A DNA stretch of 44,853 nucleotides, from the IMG/VR virus record IMGVR_UViG_2802429369_000001, one strand, 5' to 3'. Of the stretch, positions 1 to 8,138 are shown one piece after another. This stretch comes from a virus. Each line of letters begins with the position of its first letter. Position 1 is the first letter of the stretch. The position numbers were made by a program, and so were the translations under genes. The notes under the pieces were generated by a model. It was not told the DNA's origin. It saw only the letters and a program-made list of their open reading frames with translations, and did no database searches.

Positions 1-99
1 CCACTTCATCTGCAAATACCACTGAAACGCAGCCACCTCTTGGTATTTGGCGGTTTCGTACCAGTGTTGGTGTGTTTCGGTCATTGTGGTGGCTCCGGA
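1..99. repeat. 99-bp exact direct repeat, identical to 44755-44853 (circular-assembly overlap or terminal redundancy)
   Basis: Read base by base. 1-99 (ccacttcatctgcaaatacc...ggtggctccgga) equals 44755-44853. Identity stops at base 100 and at base 44754. Confidence 0.95.
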
Positions 100-350
100 A
101 GTGGCATCCAGTGGGTAGGCTTAAAACAATCCCCGATTGGCTCATGGTGCGGATCGTATTCATGGTCGCCAATTTCTGTCCAGTGCTTCCATTGGTCATC
201 TTCAAATATGCAGTCTGTAAGCCTTTGATCATCACCATCTGTGAAATATTTTTCAAAGTATGCGTTATACCTGGGTACGGCTACTACCCATAAATCTACC
301 ATCGTTCCAGCAAGTGGCGCTGTATCAATCGGCTGCCATTCGCTCATCAT
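81..350 (-). CDS. DUF551-like small phage protein (about 89 aa)
   Basis: Track ORF 81..518, trimmed to the ATG pair at 350/347, which is preceded by GGAG. The N-terminus SEWQPIDTAP and C-terminus THWMPLPEPP resemble DUF551-type proteins. The stop overlaps the next ATG (ATGA). Confidence 0.5.
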   Translation of the reverse strand: MMSEWQPIDTAPLAGTMVDLWVVAVPRYNAYFEKYFTDGDDQRLTDCIFEDDQWKHWTEIGDHEYDPHHEPIGDCFKPTHWMPLPEPPQ

Positions 351-1728
351 ATTCTCCATTATCATCACCCAAATCATCCGCAGGCACCTCAGGCTCTGTA
401 AGCGCCTCCCACCCAATAATAGCCCGCAATTCGTCACCTGTCGCGATAATCTCCCCGGTGCCTGCCATATTTTTAACGGCTTCGGTAGCTGTCTTGAGCA
501 TCGCCAGCTTATCGGCAAGCGATGCGTCGTTCAGCTCCGACCACATGACCTCATATTCATCGCCCGGCACTGGCGGAATGATGCGGTATTCCATCAAGCG
601 GTCAATGAAGCGGCGAATATCGGTTGTTACATCCCCGACGCGGCGCGCTTGACAGCGGTTGTTCATATTAACCGCGTCTTCTGTGCTCGCCCTATCCCCC
701 TGCTGGTTCCCGATTAGCTCCTTATGAGGAATCTCCAACGATGCCGCGATGCACTGCACCTGCATCTCGAAGTGTTCTTTCGGCTGAGGAACGTTCGCTA
801 CCAGCGGGTTGATTTTGCCCCCGGTAGTAAATGCTGCCGCATCGATGCCCGAGTTTAGGTCGGCCATCATATCGTTAAGGCGCTCGTTCAGCTCGTCCAT
901 GCTGACGCCATACGACCGGGCAAGCTCTGGCAAGCTCTGTGAATCGCTATACTCAACACTTAGCTGCCGTGAAGCATTCTTCAAAAACCCTTCACCCGAG
1001 CCGCCAGTGATTTTAACCATGCTCACGAAGTCATTGTAGGCCGCTTCCAGCTCGCTCATACCTTCCCGGTAGTCGCCCACAATGACTACGCGGCTATGGT
1101 GGATCGTGACACTGCGCGCAGGCGGTGGCGTGTCAGCGGTCTGCACATTGCCTTCATTATAGCTCCATGTCGTGGGCTGTCCGTAGCGGGGGCTTTCAAT
1201 GTCTTCATCCCATGTGCTGGGCGTCAACTGGCCTTCCCATGCCGGGATAACCTCGATAAGGTCGCCGCCGGGCTGCAACTCCTCTTCCCATCGCGCATTG
1301 TCCGCGACACGCAAAATCAGCCCCGAGTACGCCCCCACCATCCGGCGGCGGTCAGCATCCTGGAATTTCTGCCAGACGTTCAGGCGCTTGAATAGCTTAC
1401 GAACGTCGCGTTCCCACGGTTTTTCAGTGGTTTTTTCGTCGGTCGTGTCGCCCTGGATAATCCAGGGGTTGTCCTGCCATGTTTTGCGGTTGATGCGGTT
1501 TATGCCCGCCTTGGCAAGTGAATTCCGCTGGAAGAGGTTTAAAAAATCGTAGAAGTTCAGCGTGTTGGGGAATCCGTAGTTTTCCCACGACTTTGGGCGC
1601 TTGGTGTCAATGCTGGCTGCATGGTTGCCGCCATACCCTATCGCCTGCCGCATTGACGCCAGCCGACGCTCACTCACGTATTGATTAACGGCCATCGTTA
1701 GCCGTGTTTCTTTGTCTTGCTGTGCCAT
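325..1728 (-). CDS. Portal protein
   Basis: 467 aa with an acidic C-terminus. It lies in the terminase/head block. The N-terminal region (YGFPNTLNFYDF, NRKTWQDNPWI) resembles DUF1073-type portals as I recall them. Confidence 0.8.
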   Translation of the reverse strand: MAQQDKETRLTMAVNQYVSERRLASMRQAIGYGGNHAASIDTKRPKSWENYGFPNTLNFYDFLNLFQRNSLAKAGINRINRKTWQDNPWIIQGDTTDEKTTEKPWERDVRKLFKRLNVWQKFQDADRRRMVGAYSGLILRVADNARWEEELQPGGDLIEVIPAWEGQLTPSTWDEDIESPRYGQPTTWSYNEGNVQTADTPPPARSVTIHHSRVVIVGDYREGMSELEAAYNDFVSMVKITGGSGEGFLKNASRQLSVEYSDSQSLPELARSYGVSMDELNERLNDMMADLNSGIDAAAFTTGGKINPLVANVPQPKEHFEMQVQCIAASLEIPHKELIGNQQGDRASTEDAVNMNNRCQARRVGDVTTDIRRFIDRLMEYRIIPPVPGDEYEVMWSELNDASLADKLAMLKTATEAVKNMAGTGEIIATGDELRAIIGWEALTEPEVPADDLGDDNGEYDERMAAD

Positions 1729-1754
1729 AAAAAAGCCCTCAGAGTTTGAGGGCT
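1729..1754 (-). terminator. Hairpin plus T6 abutting the portal start codon
   Basis: AGCCCTCA-aactc-TGAGGGCT, then TTTTTT and the ATG. Confidence 0.55.
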
Positions 1755-1763
1755 AGTTTAGCA
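1755..1763 (-). promoter_or_regulatory. TGCTAAACT motif (extended -10-like)
   Basis: Plus strand reads agtttagca. It is followed on the mRNA strand by a hairpin, T6 and the portal ATG. Confidence 0.4.
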
Positions 1764-1777
1764 TATCAACGAAAACC

Positions 1778-2149
1778 TTACTCTACACGAATGTCAACCG
1801 ATTCCGAGTAATAGCCATTGCTTGAACCTACCCAGCGCAGACTTACTGAACCTTTTGCTGTGCCTAGCTTGTAGTACGTCCATGTTTCGCTGTCGCCTAA
1901 CCCAGCCTGATCGCTAGCATCTCTCCAAGCCTCTTCAGCTTCAAGGATTGGCGACCCTACTAGGTAATCAAGCTCCCCGTCAATATCTTCAAGTGTTACG
2001 CTTTCGCAGCAATCTTGATCGTGATACATGATGACCTTTTTGCCGTCATCGCGGTGAAAATGCAATTCTTCTCCATTATCTACATTTTCAACTTTATTCA
2101 GCGTAAAACCTTTCAGCTCTTCAATAGTGCGCCATTGCAATTCGTTCAT
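1778..2149 (-). CDS. Hypothetical protein (123 aa)
   Basis: Clean ORF with GGAGAGAG upstream. It appears AT-richer than its neighbours by eye. I recognise no motif. Confidence 0.6.
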   Translation of the reverse strand: MNELQWRTIEELKGFTLNKVENVDNGEELHFHRDDGKKVIMYHDQDCCESVTLEDIDGELDYLVGSPILEAEEAWRDASDQAGLGDSETWTYYKLGTAKGSVSLRWVGSSNGYYSESVDIRVE

Positions 2150-2204
2150 TTCTCTCTCCTAAAGCCGCCTTTTCGAGCGGCTTGGTATTTAGTGCGCTGT
2201 GGCG

Positions 2205-3278
2205 TTATGGGCGGCGGACGAAGCGGAATAGATGCGCATAATTGGGTGTAATGTCCCCAGCGTCATCTTTTACAAAAGGGTCTCCATCTCTATCAATGTC
2301 AACGATGACGTATTCACCCTCTTTGGATATATCGCCACCATGATCTACAGCCATCAGGACGTCCCCCGCACGCCAATTCTCCGGATCATACATATCTTCC
2401 GCCGGCACCACCTCGCCATGAATCCTCGGATACGCGGCGCGATATTCTGCTTGCAGTCGGTCAACCTCGGATTGCGCCTGCTCCAGAGCTAATAACGCGG
2501 CTTCCAGTTGGTCGGCTAGATGTTGTTGTGGCATGTGTTGTTCCTCGGTTGTGGTGCCTGTTGTGGTTTCCATTTTGGTGTCGATTTCTTGGCGTCGGCG
2601 GTAGTGGGTGATAGCGGTATTTGCATCGAATAAACCCCAGCAGAATGCGGTTCTCGTCTTGTGGCTACCCGTGTGAATGCCCTCCAGCGCCGTAACCCCA
2701 ATATTCTCCACGCCGTCCCGATATCGAACATCAATGCGCGTGCCTTTCTCAACTGGGCAGGTTCCTGTGTTTTCGATCCAGCCGTCGCCGTCTTGCGTGC
2801 CGCTCTCCTCTGATTTATCCCCACCCGCATTCGTCGCGCCCAGGATTTGGGATAGGGTGAGTTGGCGTGGGCTGCCCTCAAAGGAATTAGGTGAATCCCA
2901 ATGCGCCAATCCATCATCTTCATCCCACCCAAATAGATCCCAACAATCCGGCATTATGTCGCCTTTGTCATATTCGTTTTCATCTGCCCCAGCCGCCCTA
3001 AACGCCCGCGCCACCGCGTGATAGTCATCTTCGGTTAGGTCTTTGGTGGCGATGTGATCTCCGGGTTGAAGGGTGATGGAAGGCGTAATTTTTGAAACGC
3101 TGTTTAAATAGCAATATTGGTCAAAGCTCTTGCGCTGGTGGTGGCAAAACAAGGGTCTATCTGTACCATCGTCTTCAATTAGGATAATTTTTTCACCCGG
3201 ATCGAATCCTGCTGCGCCACCTTCTCCTGCCAAAAATTCATCGCCAACTTTGTAGCCTAGCTTCTCACATGGTGTCAT
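2205..3278 (-). CDS. Hypothetical acidic multi-domain protein (357 aa)
   Basis: Track ORF 2205..3326 starts at a GTG inside a hairpin. I trimmed it to ATG 3278, which has GGAG 9 nt upstream. It contains a DGWIENTGTCPV segment similar to one in ORF 36453..37100. Confidence 0.6.
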   Translation of the reverse strand: MTPCEKLGYKVGDEFLAGEGGAAGFDPGEKIILIEDDGTDRPLFCHHQRKSFDQYCYLNSVSKITPSITLQPGDHIATKDLTEDDYHAVARAFRAAGADENEYDKGDIMPDCWDLFGWDEDDGLAHWDSPNSFEGSPRQLTLSQILGATNAGGDKSEESGTQDGDGWIENTGTCPVEKGTRIDVRYRDGVENIGVTALEGIHTGSHKTRTAFCWGLFDANTAITHYRRRQEIDTKMETTTGTTTEEQHMPQQHLADQLEAALLALEQAQSEVDRLQAEYRAAYPRIHGEVVPAEDMYDPENWRAGDVLMAVDHGGDISKEGEYVIVDIDRDGDPFVKDDAGDITPNYAHLFRFVRRP

Positions 3279-3310
3279 GGTGCTGATCTCCTCTTCGTTA
3301 TGTGTACACC

Positions 3311-3352
3311 ACAAACAATAAACCACCCATGACAGGGTGGCTAATTGTAATT
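3311..3352 (-). repeat. Family-2 intergenic element, copy 1
   Basis: mRNA sense is AATTACAATTAG-CCACCC-tgtcat-GGGTGG-TTTATTGTTTGT. Confidence 0.6.
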
Positions 3353-3386
3353 TCTAATGGTGTGTCGTGGTGGTGATAGGTTTTGT

Positions 3387-4652
3387 CTAACGCCGTTTTT
3401 TCAGTAGCACGGCGGGGCCGCTCCGCCCCTGAATCAAAGGCGCAAGCGCATAGCGCAGCGCGTCAATGTAGTGGTTAAACTTGTCGTCAATATCCGGCTT
3501 GATGTCGCCTGTCAGCCTATCTACCTTGTAGCTGTACATCCTGGCTTCACGAATAGTCTCTGTGCAACGCGGGTGAATATAGATCCGCCGATAGCTGCGC
3601 AAGTGTTGCACGCCATCCTCTACGCTTCCCGACCACTTTGGCGCGGCTTGGATGGCTGGCAGCCCTTGCTTGTCGCGCTTCAAATAGCTAATCGACTCGG
3701 GGCGTGCGCAATCAGCGCGCACCACGTATTTCTCAATGCCCGGTATTTTGGCGCGCATGTATGGCCCGGTATCGTCCAGCTCTAGCCCGACCTTGCCCGC
3801 CTCGTATTCAATGTACAGACATTCGTCATGCACCCAACACTTGATGCCCGCCGTAGGATCGTTAGCGAAACCCCAGTCCAGGCCAAAATATGGCCCATCC
3901 CATGTGCGCTCCGGCTCAAACTCGGCCACCTCGTACTTGCCAGCCAGCACTTGTTTATCTGAGTTCTCCAGGTACGCACCTTCCCACACCCATGCGTAGG
4001 TTTGCGGGTCAAGGCGTTGCTGGTCTGACTGCCGCTCCTGTTCTAATACGTCGGGGAACCATGGGTTGTCCCAATAGTTTACTTCTTCAATTCTACATTC
4101 AGTTGGTGGGTCTTTTCTGAATCTTTTATCTGTCGGGCTTCCATCTAGCTCTGGATTGTAAGAAACATATATCTCGGAGCCTTCTTCCCTAACCGTGGGC
4201 AAAAGCTTCATCCATGCGACATCGCTAACGTTTTCGGCTTCATCAACCCAGGCTAGTAGTATTCTGGCCTTTGATTTTATGCTGTCTAGGTTATGACGCA
4301 GCCCAGAAAAAACATAAGACACACGGCGGTTTTTGGTTCTGACATACTTCTCGCCAATTTCAAAATAATCAGACAGCCAGCCGACTGATATAATGGCCTG
4401 CTTAACCTCCTCAAGGCTAGATTCCTCAAGGCTATTCATGTACTCGCGAGCGCAAAGTATGACACCTGACTTGCCGCCTTCTGCTAATTGGTATGCCTTA
4501 ACAGCAGTCATTAACGCAAAAGACCTTGTTTTCCCGCTACCCCTTCCACCATAAGCAACTCTATACCTAGCGTCACCAGTGAATATTTTTATCATTTTTG
4601 GCGGTAGTTCTATTTGCGCGGTCGTCATATCAACTTCTGCCATGATTGTCAT
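3387..4652 (-). CDS. terL: Terminase large subunit
   Basis: Walker A GGRGSGKT and Walker B-like LLAWVDEAE are present, followed by a C-terminal nuclease-sized half. 421 aa, close to terS and the portal gene. Confidence 0.9.
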   Translation of the reverse strand: MTIMAEVDMTTAQIELPPKMIKIFTGDARYRVAYGGRGSGKTRSFALMTAVKAYQLAEGGKSGVILCAREYMNSLEESSLEEVKQAIISVGWLSDYFEIGEKYVRTKNRRVSYVFSGLRHNLDSIKSKARILLAWVDEAENVSDVAWMKLLPTVREEGSEIYVSYNPELDGSPTDKRFRKDPPTECRIEEVNYWDNPWFPDVLEQERQSDQQRLDPQTYAWVWEGAYLENSDKQVLAGKYEVAEFEPERTWDGPYFGLDWGFANDPTAGIKCWVHDECLYIEYEAGKVGLELDDTGPYMRAKIPGIEKYVVRADCARPESISYLKRDKQGLPAIQAAPKWSGSVEDGVQHLRSYRRIYIHPRCTETIREARMYSYKVDRLTGDIKPDIDDKFNHYIDALRYALAPLIQGRSGPAVLLKKRR

Positions 4653-5190
4653 GGAAACCTAGGTGCGACTCAAGCATCTCCCTTGCCTCTATTGCTTGGT
4701 CAAACGTTAAACCAGAACCTCCTGAATAGTATTTTCCATGACGCCAAGCCTGGACATACCAAGTCCCGTTCTTCTTGTTTTGATAGACCCCGTAATGACC
4801 CGATTTATTTTTACACCAAAGGCGCTTATTGCTCATATTACCCGTGGCATCAACTAGTCTTAGCTGGGATATACGGTTATCTGTGGTTGCACCATTAATA
4901 TGGTCAACTTCCATGCATTCGGGAATGTCGCCGTGCATAATCTTCCAAATAATCCGATGTACAAAATAAAGACGCTTATCCAGCCTAACCTTTAAATAAG
5001 CAGATCCATCTTTATTTTCTGATAGGCACCCTGCCTCTTTTCCAGCGCGCTGGGATGTATGAGTTCTCCATCCGCGTGTAGTTTTGAAGTGACTTGAAGG
5101 ACGTGGCGACCAGTAAAGCTTACCGCTTTTTAAGTCGTAATCGAAACATTCGCGAAGATACTGCTGAGAAGGAAGATTGCACATACTCAC
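4630..5190 (-). CDS. HNH endonuclease with AP2-like DNA-binding domain
   Basis: HNH core VDHINGATTDNRISQLR, followed by SGHYGVYQNKKNGTWYVQAWRHGKYY. It appears AT-richer than its neighbours by eye. It sits between terS and terL and overlaps the terL start by 23 nt. Confidence 0.8.
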   Translation of the reverse strand: MSMCNLPSQQYLRECFDYDLKSGKLYWSPRPSSHFKTTRGWRTHTSQRAGKEAGCLSENKDGSAYLKVRLDKRLYFVHRIIWKIMHGDIPECMEVDHINGATTDNRISQLRLVDATGNMSNKRLWCKNKSGHYGVYQNKKNGTWYVQAWRHGKYYSGGSGLTFDQAIEAREMLESHLGFHDNHGRS

Positions 5191-5281
5191 CTCATCATGG
5201 TGCCATCGCTAATTAGGGGGCGCGTGTCCGGCGATGAATCGGAACGAGGCCGCTAAACCTCTCACGCGCATAATAATTATC

Positions 5282-5701
5282 TCATTCTTTTTTGGATGGG
5301 GCGACCAATTCGATGCGGGTGGGCTTGGGCGTCATGCTGCCGTCATCGCTGGTATGATTGATATCTTGGCGCGAGCTATGCCGCTTAGGTGCCATACGCT
5401 CAGCGCCCCACTTCAGCGCATCAAGAATCACCTTGGCGCTTTGCGGGTCAAGGGTTCCTTCGCGCAATTCAAATCGTAATGACAATGCTTCATCGGCGTG
5501 CGCGTAGCCTGCCGCCTCACGACTCGCGTGATAATGCTCCGAAAACCCTTCGCGATCATTGACCACCCAAAGCAACACCGTGGACATGGCAGGCATGGCT
5601 TCATCGGCGCAAATAGACCGCAGACTTTCCCCCCCGGCTATCCGCGTGCATATCTCGTCTTTAATGTCTTCTGTGTATGCGGTTGGCCTAGCCATAATCA
5701 A
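5282..5701 (-). CDS. terS: Terminase small subunit (putative)
   Basis: 139 aa. N-terminal HTH-like segment RPTAYTEDIKDEICTRIAGGESLRSICADEAMP. It lies upstream of terL. Confidence 0.6.
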   Translation of the reverse strand: MIMARPTAYTEDIKDEICTRIAGGESLRSICADEAMPAMSTVLLWVVNDREGFSEHYHASREAAGYAHADEALSLRFELREGTLDPQSAKVILDALKWGAERMAPKRHSSRQDINHTSDDGSMTPKPTRIELVAPSKKE

Positions 5702-5883
5702 ATCCCATCGTTTTCGTCAGCATTGCGCGCCCAAATAGGCGTCTTGTTTAGCAGCTCGGCAAACGACTCACACTCAGCAGCGGGCTGACTAACAATCTTA
5801 TCAAATGCGGCAATTTGCTCATCATTTAGGTGATACGTGATATGGCCGTTTTCATCGACCGTTTGTGGAATCGGCATGTTCAT
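5698..5883 (-). CDS. Hypothetical protein (61 aa)
   Basis: GAGGAG lies 6 nt before the ATG, and the stop overlaps the terS start. Confidence 0.6.
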   Translation of the reverse strand: MNMPIPQTVDENGHITYHLNDEQIAAFDKIVSQPAAECESFAELLNKTPIWARNADENDGI

Positions 5884-5906
5884 CTCCTCTGGTTTCTATT
5901 GCGTCC

Positions 5907-5915
5907 ATACTAGCA
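5907..5915 (-). promoter_or_regulatory. TGCTAGTAT extended -10-like element after terminator 5917-5950
   Basis: mRNA sense is hairpin, T6, gTGcTAGTAT, about 15 nt, GAGGAG, then ATG 5883. Confidence 0.4.
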
Positions 5916-5916
5916 C

Positions 5917-5950
5917 AAAAAACCCCTCAGTACGCAGTGCGCAAGAGGGG
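5917..5950 (-). terminator. Intrinsic terminator
   Basis: CCCCTC...GAGGGG stem with an inner cgca/tgcg pairing, followed by T6. Confidence 0.65.
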
Positions 5951-5964
5951 CCGTGTTGGGGTGA

Positions 5965-6321
5965 TTATATCATGCCTAGCGCGAAACGAAACTCAGTGAA
6001 CTCTTTTTGGCTGCCTTCACAAATAGCAACCTTTCCATCGTTGAGCTTTATCACAAATGACGCTTTCTTTTTGTTGCCGCCGCATAGTAGTCCGGCCAAC
6101 GCGCCTAATTGGCCAAGCGCTACCAGTCCTGCCGTTCCCCAGCCTAACGTACCTAGCACAGACTTGGCATTGTCCTGCGAAAGCTCTTGGAACTCCTGAA
6201 TGTCGTCAAAGCTATATTTGCTTGTGGCAAACGCGCCCGTGTTTAGTGCGATAATCCGGCTGCGCTTGTTAAAGACACAGTAGCCTTTTTTGTAAAAATC
6301 GCCTTCTAGTATTTTAATCAT
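5965..6321 (-). CDS. Hypothetical protein with glycine-zipper hydrophobic segment (118 aa)
   Basis: Contains GTLGWGTAGLVALGQLGALAGLLCGG. It appears AT-richer than its neighbours by eye and is followed by a terminator at 5917-5950. Confidence 0.6.
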   Translation of the reverse strand: MIKILEGDFYKKGYCVFNKRSRIIALNTGAFATSKYSFDDIQEFQELSQDNAKSVLGTLGWGTAGLVALGQLGALAGLLCGGNKKKASFVIKLNDGKVAICEGSQKEFTEFRFALGMI

Positions 6322-6524
6322 TTCCCACCTCCCAAATTAGCCGACACCGGCCCCTCGTTTACATTACTCATCAGCGTATACCCGTCCCGCTGCAACGCGC
6401 AATAGTTGTTCATCGTCATGGCGTAGTACGCCACTTTTGCCCGTGCGAGCGTTTCAAACGTTAGATCATCCGTCATCGTGTCGCGGGTCTTGCCGTATAT
6501 CAGGGTGAAGGTTCTGGTGGTCAT
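6318..6524 (-). CDS. Hypothetical protein (68 aa)
   Basis: Overlaps both neighbours by 4 nt, consistent with translational coupling. Confidence 0.55.
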   Translation of the reverse strand: MTTRTFTLIYGKTRDTMTDDLTFETLARAKVAYYAMTMNNYCALQRDGYTLMSNVNEGPVSANLGGGK

Positions 6525-7063
6525 TCGGTTAGCTCCTGGGCGCGTTGGCGTAGTTCTGATGCAAACTGGCGAATAAGTTCAAATGCAGCGGCCCACCCGG
6601 CATCAAACGCATCCTCCTGCGGCGTATCTTCTTGCGGCCCTGACTGACAATTAACAAGCTCCAACGCTTCCGCCTGCTTAATCAGGTCGCGGCGGGTGAG
6701 GGCGTTTGTAGGCTCTTGCTTGCTCAAAGTTTCAATATTACCCATCACAGCGTCTGCGAAGCTTTGATAATCCGAAGCATTGTAATTTGAGGGAAAGGCC
6801 AACACTGCAGCGCAACGCTTCGCGTCAACGATGACGTAACTTAACTGCTCCACATGCGCCACCAGCGACGCCTCTCGCTCCATGGCGGCGTTTAGCTGCT
6901 GCAAGGCGTCACGCTCTCCCCGCTGCCGCAACGCAACCTGTAGCTCATCGCTTAACTGATACGCGTCGACATCCCGCTCTAACCTGATCACCATTAGCGC
7001 CAGCTCATGTGTGCCCATGGCGGTTAACTCGGCAAGTCGCTCTGCGTGCTCAAAATTGTTCAT
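6521..7063 (-). CDS. Hypothetical protein (180 aa)
   Basis: Coupled ORF in the operon. The protein looks helical and acidic, with no recognised motif. Confidence 0.6.
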   Translation of the reverse strand: MNNFEHAERLAELTAMGTHELALMVIRLERDVDAYQLSDELQVALRQRGERDALQQLNAAMEREASLVAHVEQLSYVIVDAKRCAAVLAFPSNYNASDYQSFADAVMGNIETLSKQEPTNALTRRDLIKQAEALELVNCQSGPQEDTPQEDAFDAGWAAAFELIRQFASELRQRAQELTE

Positions 7064-7347
7064 ACCTCCACCTCCAGTCGCTGTAGCTGATCAACAATCT
7101 CGGTTAGTTTTGCGACGGCATCGCACCATTCGGCATTCAGGTAGACGGTCTCGTAAAGCATCGGCTCCGGCCACGTTGAAGGTGGCGCGCTGTAATCCAT
7201 GCGGCAGTCATGCACGCGAATGGTCAATCCGCTCGTATGCGCCGCGTAATCCACAAACACATGGTAAGCCTCGCATTTTATCGCTGCGGCCTGTATGCGG
7301 GCGCATAGGGCACGCGCGGTGTCTGTTTGGATATTGGTTGTGGTCAT
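7060..7347 (-). CDS. Hypothetical protein (95 aa)
   Basis: Coupled ORF with 4-nt overlaps. Confidence 0.55.
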   Translation of the reverse strand: MTTTNIQTDTARALCARIQAAAIKCEAYHVFVDYAAHTSGLTIRVHDCRMDYSAPPSTWPEPMLYETVYLNAEWCDAVAKLTEIVDQLQRLEVEV

Positions 7348-7706
7348 AGGTTTAACTCCTTACTGTCAAGTAGGCCATTAACGTACATAGCCTTAGCTGT
7401 TTTATGATCTACCAGCATCCCGCCTACCGTATTGGCGTTTTCGCTTACCGGGGACTCCGGCTCATACCAGCCTGTTTCTTTTTCTTGGTTTGAAAGCTCT
7501 CTTGTATCCAAATAGCTGGCTTCGCTAGCGTGGCATTCTGTGCAGTAATACGGGCCACACTGAACCATACCAACACCAACATCTACATAATCTGCTTCGC
7601 AGCCGTCATAGCCACAGTAAGGGCATATTGCCTTCGGCGTGCTGTACGCACTGCGAGCGTATTCGTCACCACCTACAAACTTATGCCGTCCGATTCCTGT
7701 GCTCAT
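7344..7706 (-). CDS. Hypothetical zinc-ribbon protein (120 aa)
   Basis: Cysteine pairs CPYCGYDGC and CGPYYCTEC. GGAGGAGG lies upstream. It is the first gene after module A. Confidence 0.6.
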   Translation of the reverse strand: MSTGIGRHKFVGGDEYARSAYSTPKAICPYCGYDGCEADYVDVGVGMVQCGPYYCTECHASEASYLDTRELSNQEKETGWYEPESPVSENANTVGGMLVDHKTAKAMYVNGLLDSKELNL

Positions 7707-7845
7707 GCCCTGACCTCCTCCGTTGTGATACCCAAAGTATGAACCCGCCGTGGCGTGGTGGCTAATGAGTAATTTTTATGTGGTGGTTGGTGTTGGTAGG
7801 TTTTTGCTATTACTGAACCGCGCCCGGCTAGCCATGCCCCGCTAT

Positions 7846-7869
7846 CGTTACGCCCGTTACAGACGTTAC
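7846..7869. repeat. Three CGTTAC hexamers at exact 9-bp spacing (7846, 7855, 7864)
   Basis: The sequence reads cgttacgcccgttacagacgttac. Confidence 0.9.
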
Positions 7870-8027
7870 GCTCCTAATTAAACTTGTACCGCTAAAAAAT
7901 CCAGTAAAATCAAAGCTATGTGACAATAATAACAAAAATAACTAAAAAAGATTTAATTTAATAGAGAGGGGTAGATATTGTCATGCTGACCTATGAGTCT
8001 CTATCTCTATAGGTCTATCTATTGCCG

Positions 8028-8129
8028 CGTACCGTAACAAACGTAACGGTTGTATAAGTTATTGATATTTATCACAAAAACTGGATTTTTGACCGGTACG
8101 CACCGTTACAGCGGTACAGAAACGTAACG
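8028..8129. repeat. Distal hexamer cluster of module A
   Basis: CGTACC 8028, CGTAAC 8033 and 8042 (9-bp spacing), CGGTAC 8094, CGTTAC 8104, CGGTAC 8112, CGTAAC 8123. Confidence 0.85.
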
Positions 8130-8138
8130 GCTAGGCAT

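Noticed and set aside
7741-7800. G/T-rich tract (gtggcgtggtgg..tgtggtggttggtgttggtagg) and similar CACCAC-rich mRNA stretches near 3361-3385 and 35894-35915, considered as rut sites or a repeat family.
   Set aside because: These are only compositional similarity, with no alignable unit. I could not separate the pattern from chance.
8066-8078. DnaA-box-like TTTATCACA in module A.
   Set aside because: It mismatches the TTWTNCACA consensus in either register, and module B has no matching box at the homologous position.
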